Origin: a virus
Taxonomy: Duplodnaviria; Caudoviricetes
IMG/VR virus record: IMGVR_UViG_3300012346_000313
Span: 1-36,947 of that record
Length of the DNA: 36,947 bases
Direction: 5' to 3' (one strand)
Below, piece by piece: positions 27,158 to 34,772 of this stretch (within the stretch, counting starts at the first letter, position 1; each line of letters begins with the position of its first letter). A program made the position numbers and the translations under genes. Below the pieces are notes generated by a model. The model did not search any database and was not told where the DNA came from. It worked only from the letters and a program-made list of their open reading frames with translations.

Positions 27158-27254
27158 CGGCTGGCGGTATGGTTTAGTAAAGCCTGACCACTACCGCCAG
27201 ATTGAAACACAAAAGTTAATTCAGGCTTTATTAACTATACCGTTTGTTAGCGTT
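27151..27254 (-). mobile_element. attC-like recombination hairpin 2
   Basis: GCGTTAAC (27151-27158), stem 27164-27187/27221-27243 with G.T wobbles and one bulged T on the + strand, then GTTAGCGTT (27246-27254). Confidence 0.75.
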
Positions 27255-27487
27255 TCGTTTTGAGCGTTGGCGGTACAAAATTCAAACAAAATGGCAGTAG
27301 TAAAAGCAGTATTTAAAGCAGGAGCAAAATTAGAGGAATGTAGATTTGCCCCTTACGAAGGTGATATTGTATTTATAATTGATGATGACATTCTTATACA
27401 TGAATATGAAATAATTGAGGACTTCGATGTCGAATATTATAAAGAAATATTTGAAATTATTGAGAGCGTTGGCTAAATGAACGCTAA
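27158..27487. mobile_element. Integron-like gene cassette 2 (330 bp)
   Basis: GTTAGCGTT (27246-27254) and AACGCTAAC (27480-27488) are exact reverse complements around one ORF. The left junction is at the TAA|C stop of the spanin-like gene. Confidence 0.7.
27291..27476 (+). CDS. Small acidic protein (cassette 2 cargo)
   Basis: 61 aa from ATG 27291; 16 Asp/Glu versus 5 Lys/Arg. Confidence 0.65.
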   Translation: MAVVKAVFKAGAKLEECRFAPYEGDIVFIIDDDILIHEYEIIEDFDVEYYKEIFEIIESVG

Positions 27488-27516
27488 CTATATTATAACA
27501 GTAATTTGTACGGCAC

Positions 27517-27684
27517 ATGAAAACATTTAAACCAGTGATCAGAATAAGAATAAGCCAGAAAATGAAGTTAAAACTTTTGGAGATAAAAAACAATACAGGT
27601 CAATCGGTTAATTCTGTTATTCGGGTGGCTATTGAAAAAGAATTAGTAAGGCGAAAAGGGATGTATAATTTAACACCATTTTAA
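27517..27684 (+). CDS. Ribbon-helix-helix (Arc/CopG-like) regulator (55 aa, not in ORF track)
   Basis: KPVIRIRISQKMKLKLLEIKNNTGQSVNSVIRVAIEKEL fits the strand-helix-GxS-helix pattern. Confidence 0.75.
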   Translation: MKTFKPVIRIRISQKMKLKLLEIKNNTGQSVNSVIRVAIEKELVRRKGMYNLTPF

Positions 27685-27687
27685 AAC

Positions 27688-27801
27688 CGTGCCAAAGTAT
27701 GAAAAATAAAAGTGATATGTGTATTTAAAAATGTGGGAATATATCATCGGTTCAAAAGAATTTCGTATTATTATAAAGTCTAATTTTGGCGGGTAAACAT
27801 T
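27688..27801 (+). promoter_or_regulatory. Promoter module B
   Basis: Same boxes and spacing as module A; TAATTTTG at 27781; central core inverted. Confidence 0.8.
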
Positions 27802-27807
27802 AAAGAT

Positions 27808-28101
27808 ATGAAACACTCAACAGGAAACCATGTAGCAAACTTCGATACGGATGATCCGTATTTTGACGACGACCACAAAGGCGTTATTAACCTAAAACGC
27901 TGCGACTTTTGCGGCGAAATGGAAAACGAGTTTGAAATTAACTTCGATGTTAAAGACGGTAAAAATACAGGCGTTGTTTATTGTGATGATTGCAAAGAAG
28001 TTTATTTGCAGGAAACAAAAGAACATAAAAACGACGACCAGGCAAATGACCCGCTGGCTAACTTTGGAAAATTCACAGATAAATTATGTAACAATGAATA
28101 G
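27808..28101 (+). CDS. Zinc-ribbon hypothetical protein
   Basis: CDFC...CDDC; first ORF after module B. Confidence 0.65.
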   Translation: MKHSTGNHVANFDTDDPYFDDDHKGVINLKRCDFCGEMENEFEINFDVKDGKNTGVVYCDDCKEVYLQETKEHKNDDQANDPLANFGKFTDKLCNNE

Positions 28102-28531
28102 AGAAATTAAATTCAGAGGTAAAAGAAAATTAAACGGCGAATGGATTTATGGATATTTTGTAATTGATCCGTTCGGTAATTATAGAATTTATTTAAAACC
28201 ATTTGATGAATGTACAAGCAATTCACATTATTTTGTCATTCCTGAAACCGTAGGACAATACACCGGATTAAAAGACAAGAACGGAAAAGAGATTTATGAG
28301 GGCGATATTGTTGATATTAAGAACAATTCATTAGTTGACACAAAGTCAATAATTGAATTTCGTGATGGTTGTTTTTTTGCAAATACAAGAAAGTTTTTAC
28401 CAATGTTTTCAGGTGGATTTTTCTTAAATAAATTACATAGTGATGAACCACACTTTTATGTTCCTGAGCATTATAATAATTATAGTTTTGAAGTTATCGG
28501 AAACATTTACGAAAATGAGTTACAAGGATAA
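28094..28531 (+). CDS. YopX family protein
   Basis: MNREIKFRG, GQYTGLKDKNGKEIYEGDIV, EVIGNIYEN. Confidence 0.93.
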   Translation: MNREIKFRGKRKLNGEWIYGYFVIDPFGNYRIYLKPFDECTSNSHYFVIPETVGQYTGLKDKNGKEIYEGDIVDIKNNSLVDTKSIIEFRDGCFFANTRKFLPMFSGGFFLNKLHSDEPHFYVPEHYNNYSFEVIGNIYENELQG

Positions 28532-28748
28532 GACCGATCAGGAAGTTGATTATAAAAAACTTTCACTCGAAGAGTTAATTGCTGAGTGCAAACGGCAGCG
28601 TAAAATATCTGAGGACACGTCCAAAAGAGATAGAGTGTTGGTTGAAATTGACGAGCGACTAAAGGAAATTTACTTATTATTCAAACGTATAAAAATTACA
28701 GAAAATGAGAGCAGTAATAACAGGCGCAAAGTGGATAAAGGAATTTGA
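28515..28748 (+). CDS. Hypothetical helical protein
   Basis: Charged helical ORF from ATG 28515. Confidence 0.5.
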   Translation: MSYKDKTDQEVDYKKLSLEELIAECKRQRKISEDTSKRDRVLVEIDERLKEIYLLFKRIKITENESSNNRRKVDKGI

Positions 28749-29106
28749 ATCCAAGTTCGGGCCGCTTCATCAGCACAAAATCGAATACGCTGGCAAAGTA
28801 GCATGGTATTCAAGCAAAGTAAAAGACCAGAAACACTTCATTGTCGGGCAGGAAGTAGAGTTTACCGAAACTGAACACGAAGGTAAAAATGGAAAGTACA
28901 CCGTAATTAAACCAATCCAACAGAGTTTTAATAGCGGATTTGGCAGGCAGTTAAAAAAGGAGCAGTCAAAGTATTCAGGCTTTGCGGTCAGTTATGCTAA
29001 GGACTTGTGTATAGCTGGCAAAATTGACTTTAAAGATATTTCGACATATTCGACAGTATTATTTGAGTTAATGGTACAACTTGATAAATCCATTCAAAAT
29101 GATTAA
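28705..29106 (+). CDS. Hypothetical protein, possible ssDNA-binding/annealing partner
   Basis: Beta-rich N-terminal half; directly upstream of the exonuclease. Confidence 0.5.
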   Translation: MRAVITGAKWIKEFESKFGPLHQHKIEYAGKVAWYSSKVKDQKHFIVGQEVEFTETEHEGKNGKYTVIKPIQQSFNSGFGRQLKKEQSKYSGFAVSYAKDLCIAGKIDFKDISTYSTVLFELMVQLDKSIQND

Positions 29107-29713
29107 GGTAAACATAGAGCAAGGCAGTGAGGCATGGTTCCAACAGCGTTGCGGGCGTATTACCGGGACACGGTTTAAGGTTTTGATGTCCGGGCAATCT
29201 ACACAAGGTTATAAGGATTTGATAACCGAAATTGCGGGTGAACTGATCACCGGCGAAATTGAGGAAACGTACTCAAATGATAATATGGAAAGGGGTAAAG
29301 AGTTAGAAGTTGATGCAAGATCAATGTATAAATTTGATAGACCCTTTTCAGATATTGATGAAATCGGATTTTGTTTACCGGACGAAGACAACGAATTTAA
29401 TGACTGGATCGGAGTTTCACCTGATGGAATTAGCGATGATGGTTTGATTGAAATTAAATGTCCTTTGCGGAAAACCCATTTAAACTATATTGAATCCGGC
29501 AAACTCCCTACTGAATATTGGTGGCAGGTGCAGGGGCAATTATACGTCACAGGTTTAGCCTGGTGCGATTTCGTAAGCTACTACCCTAATATGAAAATGT
29601 TCGTTGTTAGGGTATTTCCAGACGTGACGGCCTTTAAGGAAATAACCGAAAGGTTACGAATTACAATTCCATTGATCAAAGCGAAATTAGAAATTTACAA
29701 TAATTACAAATGA
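29099..29713 (+). CDS. YqaJ/lambda-type exonuclease
   Basis: EQGSEAWFQQRCGRITGT, GVSPDG, IEIKCP, YWWQVQGQL. Confidence 0.93.
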   Translation: MIKVNIEQGSEAWFQQRCGRITGTRFKVLMSGQSTQGYKDLITEIAGELITGEIEETYSNDNMERGKELEVDARSMYKFDRPFSDIDEIGFCLPDEDNEFNDWIGVSPDGISDDGLIEIKCPLRKTHLNYIESGKLPTEYWWQVQGQLYVTGLAWCDFVSYYPNMKMFVVRVFPDVTAFKEITERLRITIPLIKAKLEIYNNYK

Positions 29714-29883
29714 AAACACTCAAAGAAATTTATGCTGAAGCGGATAAAGAATTGGAAGGTAAAAATTTTAACTTCGGACTTAAAAGAATTATCCGGGCTT
29801 GGTATGTCAGGGGGTGGTTAAATGGCAGGATAGAAGGATTTGAAGATTCAAAGAAAATAATTAATAATACATTGGAAAAGTGA
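29710..29883 (+). CDS. Hypothetical protein (57 aa, not in ORF track)
   Basis: ATGA-coupled ORF MKTLKEIYAEADKEL... Confidence 0.55.
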   Translation: MKTLKEIYAEADKELEGKNFNFGLKRIIRAWYVRGWLNGRIEGFEDSKKIINNTLEK

Positions 29884-29917
29884 CCCGGTCTTTCATAAAT
29901 TCTCGAATGTTTACAAC

Positions 29918-29957
29918 AGCGGCAGCACTCAAAGCCGGGCACTTGCTGCCGCTTTTT
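29918..29957 (+). terminator. Terminator/attenuator hairpin
   Basis: AGCGGCAGCA / TGCTGCCGCT perfect 10-bp stem followed by a T run. Confidence 0.65.
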
Positions 29958-29969
29958 AAAATCTAAATT

Positions 29970-31361
29970 ATGACAAAACAAGCAAGTTTATTTCAGGATA
30001 AAGTTGAATTTATCTATGTAGAATCGGTTATTGGTTCAGGTTACGAAAATCAGGTTGCTGAATTAGCAATAATTGATAAGGTGGCTTACAGAGCAGCCCG
30101 TAAAAATATGCAAATTCATTCGGCTATAATTCTAAAAATTAACGATGAGTTTAGCGGGTTTTTTACCTTCCAGGTTAATCACGAAGTTGGCGAATTTTGC
30201 CTTTTACAATCGGCAATGAGTTTGGATAAAAAAGACAAGGAAATTTATAGTAAAATGGTGGGTAAAATAATTGAACAAAACACCTTTGGTTATCCTATGA
30301 TAATGACCGTATCAACTAAACATGATTTGGAAAATCCAAAAGTTTTCGAGGCAATCGGTTTTAAAACTTACTTAAATCTTAGTGGTTTTGCTTACATGGT
30401 TTACGGCAAATTAGAGGATGTTAGAATGAAAATTCTGGCTCATATCACAATGACAAACGTCTGGAATACAACTAAAGGTGATTGGTTACGATTAAAAGCT
30501 GAATGGAATGATAAAATAGAGGCTGCGGGTGAAAAGTACAATATTGCTAATCCTAAATTTGCATCACGTGAAGGATGTTGGCAGGGTGAAAGCGGTTTTT
30601 CAAACGTTGTTTTAACCGAAAGAAGTATTGAGGCTGGCGAAATAAAAGTTGATAAAGGGCGGTCACACAATGGCAATGCGTCGGTACTTGATCCGGTGGC
30701 TTGTGAGGTTATATTAAGATTCTTTATGCCAACTGAAGGAAAACGGGTTTACAATCCTTTCGGGGGTGGAGTCCAGTTTGGATTTATAACTGGTGCTTAT
30801 GGTTATGAATATATTTCAAGCGAAATAAGGCAAAATCAATGCGACGTTAATAATGCACTTTGCCAGGATTTCGGGAGTGCTAAATGGATTAAAAGCGATT
30901 CGGCAACCTATGAACCTGATGGAATGTTTGACCTTGTGTTTACTTGTCCACCTTATTACAGAGTTGAAAAGTACATTGATTATGATGGAATTATTCCGGC
31001 GGGTGAAATTAACTCTTTATCGACGTACGAACAATTTCGTGATACTTTATTTGCAGGCTATAAAATTGCATTAAATCATTTAAACGATAATTGTTTTTTT
31101 GTTGTAATGACAGGTGATAGTAGGGATAAAAACGGTTCTTATTATTGTTCTGAAAGTGAAACGGAGTTGTTTTTTAAAGAGCAAGGATTATCGGTTTATA
31201 ATAAGATAATTTATTTAGAGTGCGAATTTACAAGGCTTGCTCAGGCAAAAAAAACACTTAACTATCGTAAATTTCCTAAACGTGAGCAAAAAATAATAGT
31301 TGCTTATAAGGGTAAAATTGATAAAATAAAGGAGTTATACAAGTCAGTTGGGCGGTTGTAA
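29970..31361 (+). CDS. DNA amino-methyltransferase with N-terminal GNAT-like domain
   Basis: Motif I YNPFGGG, motif IV TCPPYY. The N-terminal ~150 aa has a GNAT-like pattern (DEFSGFFTF...VFEAIGF). Confidence 0.78.
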   Translation: MTKQASLFQDKVEFIYVESVIGSGYENQVAELAIIDKVAYRAARKNMQIHSAIILKINDEFSGFFTFQVNHEVGEFCLLQSAMSLDKKDKEIYSKMVGKIIEQNTFGYPMIMTVSTKHDLENPKVFEAIGFKTYLNLSGFAYMVYGKLEDVRMKILAHITMTNVWNTTKGDWLRLKAEWNDKIEAAGEKYNIANPKFASREGCWQGESGFSNVVLTERSIEAGEIKVDKGRSHNGNASVLDPVACEVILRFFMPTEGKRVYNPFGGGVQFGFITGAYGYEYISSEIRQNQCDVNNALCQDFGSAKWIKSDSATYEPDGMFDLVFTCPPYYRVEKYIDYDGIIPAGEINSLSTYEQFRDTLFAGYKIALNHLNDNCFFVVMTGDSRDKNGSYYCSESETELFFKEQGLSVYNKIIYLECEFTRLAQAKKTLNYRKFPKREQKIIVAYKGKIDKIKELYKSVGRL

Positions 31362-32239
31362 TGGAATTTAAGTCAGCATATAAACAACTCAATCGGAAAG
31401 TTAATACATGGTGTAAATATACCAAGCGGTTAGATACTTATGGAATGGGTTGCCAACACGGTTGTAAATATTGCTACGCTAAAGGGTTGTTAAATTTCAG
31501 AGGAAAGTGGAATGAATACGAACCTTTAAAATCTAATTTAATGGACATTGTAAAAAAGATTAAATTACTTCATTCGGGTTGTGTTGTTCGGATGGGTTCA
31601 ATGACTGATTGTTTTCAACCAATGGAAATTGAAAACAGGATAACTTATCAAACCATAAAATTATTGAATCATTACAAAATACATTATTTAATTATTACTA
31701 AAAGTAACCTTGTTTCAAAAGATGAATACCTGCAAATTTATGATAAAAATTTAGCACACTTTCAAATTTCAATTACTTCAACGGATAATGAAATTTCATC
31801 AAAATATGAAAAAGCGTCACAACCAAGTGAACGAATAAAATCAGTTGAAAAACTCTTTTCACTTGGATTTGATGTTTCAATAAGATTAAGTCCTTTTATC
31901 GAGCAGTTTATTGACTTTGACATACTTAATAATATCAGTTGCGATAAGATACTAATTGAGTTTTTAAAGGTTAATTACTTTGTTAAAAATTCATTCGATA
32001 TTGACTATTCAGATTGTATGGTTAATTGCGGTGGATATAAGCATTTGCCACTATTTAAGAAGTTGCAATTAATCAAAAAGGTTAATGGATTTAAAGAGGT
32101 TTCGGTGGGTGAATATGTCAAAGAACATCACGAATATTTTAAACAAAATATTAATTACAATAAAAATGACTGTTGTAATTTAAAACTAAATTTTCGACCA
32201 ATTTATAAACAATTAGAGTTATGGAATCAATCGAATTAA
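31361..32239 (+). CDS. Radical SAM protein (SplB-like)
   Basis: GCQHGCKYCYA (CxxxCxxC), GSMTDCFQP, IITKS, IRLSPFI. Confidence 0.9.
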   Translation: MEFKSAYKQLNRKVNTWCKYTKRLDTYGMGCQHGCKYCYAKGLLNFRGKWNEYEPLKSNLMDIVKKIKLLHSGCVVRMGSMTDCFQPMEIENRITYQTIKLLNHYKIHYLIITKSNLVSKDEYLQIYDKNLAHFQISITSTDNEISSKYEKASQPSERIKSVEKLFSLGFDVSIRLSPFIEQFIDFDILNNISCDKILIEFLKVNYFVKNSFDIDYSDCMVNCGGYKHLPLFKKLQLIKKVNGFKEVSVGEYVKEHHEYFKQNINYNKNDCCNLKLNFRPIYKQLELWNQSN

Positions 32240-32475
32240 TCAAAAAAGAATACCAGGATTCTTTAATTAAGTTTCCTAATTTCAACTCACCTCACGAAGG
32301 TTATGCGGTCATTTTAGAGGAACTGGACGAACTCTGGGAACAGGTTAAAAAGGTCAAATACCCGGTCATTGATCGGGAGTGCGAAGCAATGAAAAAAGAG
32401 GCTATACAGGTGGGTGCAATGGCTGTAAAGTTCATTGAAAGTTTAGAACATTTCAAAGAGTGGAAAAGCAGTTGA
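32221..32475 (+). CDS. MazG-like NTP pyrophosphohydrolase
   Basis: HEGYAVILEELDELW...KEAIQVGAMA. Confidence 0.7.
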   Translation: MESIELIKKEYQDSLIKFPNFNSPHEGYAVILEELDELWEQVKKVKYPVIDRECEAMKKEAIQVGAMAVKFIESLEHFKEWKSS

Positions 32476-32515
32476 AACTATTTTAATTTAGACTAATTAT
32501 TTATAACGAAAAAAC

Positions 32516-32546
32516 TTGCATATTAATAATATTAATACTAATTTAG
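32516..32546 (+). promoter_or_regulatory. Probable promoter
   Basis: TTG-N20-TAATTTAG. Confidence 0.55.
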
Positions 32547-32561
32547 CAAAAAATTAATATT

Positions 32562-33071
32562 ATGAAAAAGTGTTCAAAGTGTAACCAAATTAAAGAAAGG
32601 ACGGACTTTTATAACTATGATAAAAGTAGGGATGGTGTTGGATATTATTGTAAAGAATGCCATAAAGAAATTACTAAAAATAATTATGTAAAACATCCAA
32701 GAATATTACTATCTCCAGAACAAAAATTAAAAAGGAAAAGAGAATATGATAAAGCCTATAATAAAAAATGTGATTGGTCTAAATATTATGGTAAAAGAAA
32801 TATTTATAGGTTAAAATTTCCTGAAATTGTTTTAGCTGAACAAGCTACATCTAAAATAAAACCGAAAAAGGGATTAGATAAACATCACTGGAGTTATAAT
32901 AAAGAACATTGGATGGATATTATTTTCTTGGGTAAATCCATTCACAGAATTGCACACAGAAATATGATTTACGATCAGGAACGAATGATGTTTAGGACAA
33001 CGGCGGGTATTTTATTAGATTCTAAAATTGACCATTTAAATTTTATTGATGGATTAAATAAGTTAGAATGA
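32562..33071 (+). CDS. Zinc-finger/HNH-like endonuclease
   Basis: CSKC...CKEC N-terminus; HHWSY...HRIAH C-terminus. Confidence 0.65.
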   Translation: MKKCSKCNQIKERTDFYNYDKSRDGVGYYCKECHKEITKNNYVKHPRILLSPEQKLKRKREYDKAYNKKCDWSKYYGKRNIYRLKFPEIVLAEQATSKIKPKKGLDKHHWSYNKEHWMDIIFLGKSIHRIAHRNMIYDQERMMFRTTAGILLDSKIDHLNFIDGLNKLE

Positions 33072-33091
33072 ATATAAATTACGTTCATCTA

Positions 33092-33123
33092 TTGACTTTC
33101 TAATAAACTATTTTGTAATTTAG
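33092..33123 (+). promoter_or_regulatory. Probable promoter for the replication operon
   Basis: TTG-N21-TAATTTAG. Confidence 0.55.
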
Positions 33124-33241
33124 CAGCGTCAAAAATTCAACACATGAGTAATAACTCAAAAAATAAGTCCAACAGTTCAGCTCCCGAAAGGGCGGGTTTC
33201 CATGTGTTATCCGTGACAACTGACTGTTGGCTTTTTTTATT

Positions 33242-33913
33242 ATGAGCAAGGATTTACCATATTTCCGGTTTTATCCTTCAGAATGGTTTGAAGGTGAAAT
33301 AAGTTTACACGATATGCAAACGCAAGGATTATTTATAAATATCTGCGGTTGGTACTGGAAAAAAGATTCAAATATTACTATTTCAGAAATAAGGCTTCGC
33401 TTAATCAAAGGTCAAGCACCGCTTGAGCAAAGCCTAAATAATCTAATTAAGGCTAAAATAATAAAACCTACAAATGAGGATTACTTTTCTATTGACTTTT
33501 TAGATGAACAGTACGGTACTCTAAGGAGAGAGCATGAAAATAAAGTTAAATCAGGTAGGGCGGGTGGTCAAGCATCGGTTAAGCAACGCTCAAGCAACGC
33601 TCAAGGTATAGATAGATTAAAGATAGATAATTATAAAGATATATTAAAGAAGGAAGGAGAACACCTTAACTCTTTGATGATAACTTTTAAAATTGATCAG
33701 CAATATTTATTTCAATTAATAGATAAATTTGATTTAATGAACAGCCAACATGAAAATTACTTGGATTTTAGAGATCATTTTGGAAGTTGGCTTAATAAAC
33801 AAGACTTAAAAACACCTTTGAATCACAAACCCATGCGAACAATGAAGCAAATAGAGCAGGAAATTGAGGAAATGGATAAAAAAATAAAACAAAATGCAAC
33901 TAAAACTAATTGA
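33242..33913 (+). CDS. Replication initiator (DUF1376/YdaU-like)
   Basis: LPYFRFYPSEW...GLFINICGWYW, SGRAGG, internal iterons, HFGSWL C-terminal domain. Confidence 0.75.
   Translation: MSKDLPYFRFYPSEWFEGEISLHDMQTQGLFINICGWYWKKDSNITISEIRLRLIKGQAPLEQSLNNLIKAKIIKPTNEDYFSIDFLDEQYGTLRREHENKVKSGRAGGQASVKQRSSNAQGIDRLKIDNYKDILKKEGEHLNSLMITFKIDQQYLFQLIDKFDLMNSQHENYLDFRDHFGSWLNKQDLKTPLNHKPMRTMKQIEQEIEEMDKKIKQNATKTN
33401..33606 (+). repeat. 11-bp iterons, putative origin of replication
   Basis: TTAATCAAAGG/TCAAGCACCGC/TTGAGCAAAGC (33401-33433) and TCAAGCATCGG/TTAAGCAACGC/TCAAGCAACGC/TCAAGG (33568-33606), followed by an AT-rich tract. Confidence 0.65.
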
Positions 33914-34502
33914 CAAAGCTCAAATTACGGAATATCTTTACAATTTCTGTATAAAAACAGGTATTCATAATTCGGATGATATGCAAATGATAACCGATAC
34001 TCTGGTTGAAATGAAGCCCTATCTTTATTTTGAAACTTTAAAGATAACACTTTCTGAGTATATTGACGGCTTGTTGGATGTGAAAGCACCGTATAAACTG
34101 AATAATATGTTTATTTCGGTACTAATAAACAAACATTTCGAGTTAAAAAGATCTGGCAGCCGGCAGTTTGAACAGGATCAACCCGACCCGACACCCCCTA
34201 TTGAGGAAATTAATAAGATATTTGAGGCCGGAATTATCGAAAGCAAAGCACGGTTAAAATCCTGGTTACGCAAAGAAGACAAATATTTTGATCCGTTTTT
34301 CCTTTTCAATGAATATCAGTGGTTAATTGACAACAAAGGAATGAACCCAAACGATTATACGGATGAACAAATTAACGAACTTTCGACGGCTTTTCAGAAG
34401 TATGACAAGCAAATGGCAGAAAAGCCCGGGCACTTATTCACACCTGTAATGACATTAACAGAGTATCAAAAAGCGGCAGTAGTAGGACTTTATTTAAAAT
34501 AA
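33894..34502 (+). CDS. Hypothetical replication-associated protein
   Basis: Follows the initiator, in the usual helicase-loader position; no motif recognised. Confidence 0.5.
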   Translation: MQLKLIDKAQITEYLYNFCIKTGIHNSDDMQMITDTLVEMKPYLYFETLKITLSEYIDGLLDVKAPYKLNNMFISVLINKHFELKRSGSRQFEQDQPDPTPPIEEINKIFEAGIIESKARLKSWLRKEDKYFDPFFLFNEYQWLIDNKGMNPNDYTDEQINELSTAFQKYDKQMAEKPGHLFTPVMTLTEYQKAAVVGLYLK

Positions 34503-34504
34503 CT

Positions 34505-34771
34505 ATGAATTACGAAATTGAAAAAAATATTCCTTTTCCAAAGGGCAAATACTCAAAGACGTTTAATAACTATCCATTTGCAGATATGGAAATCGGTGAC
34601 AGTTTTTTTGTTTTAAATGACAAAAATAAAGGACTGCAAAATTTACAGTCTCAAGTAATGAGCCTTGCAAAATCATTTATTTATCATAATAATAAAACTG
34701 GTTGGAAATTTAAATCACATCAGGAAAAGAAAGATAATTTTAATGGTATTAGAATTTGGAGATTAGAGTAA
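34505..34771 (+). CDS. Small phage protein, likely DNA-binding
   Basis: IEKNIPFP, YPFADMEIGDSFFV, GIRIWR form a pattern common in small phage proteins. Confidence 0.6.
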   Translation: MNYEIEKNIPFPKGKYSKTFNNYPFADMEIGDSFFVLNDKNKGLQNLQSQVMSLAKSFIYHNNKTGWKFKSHQEKKDNFNGIRIWRLE

Positions 34772-34772
34772 A

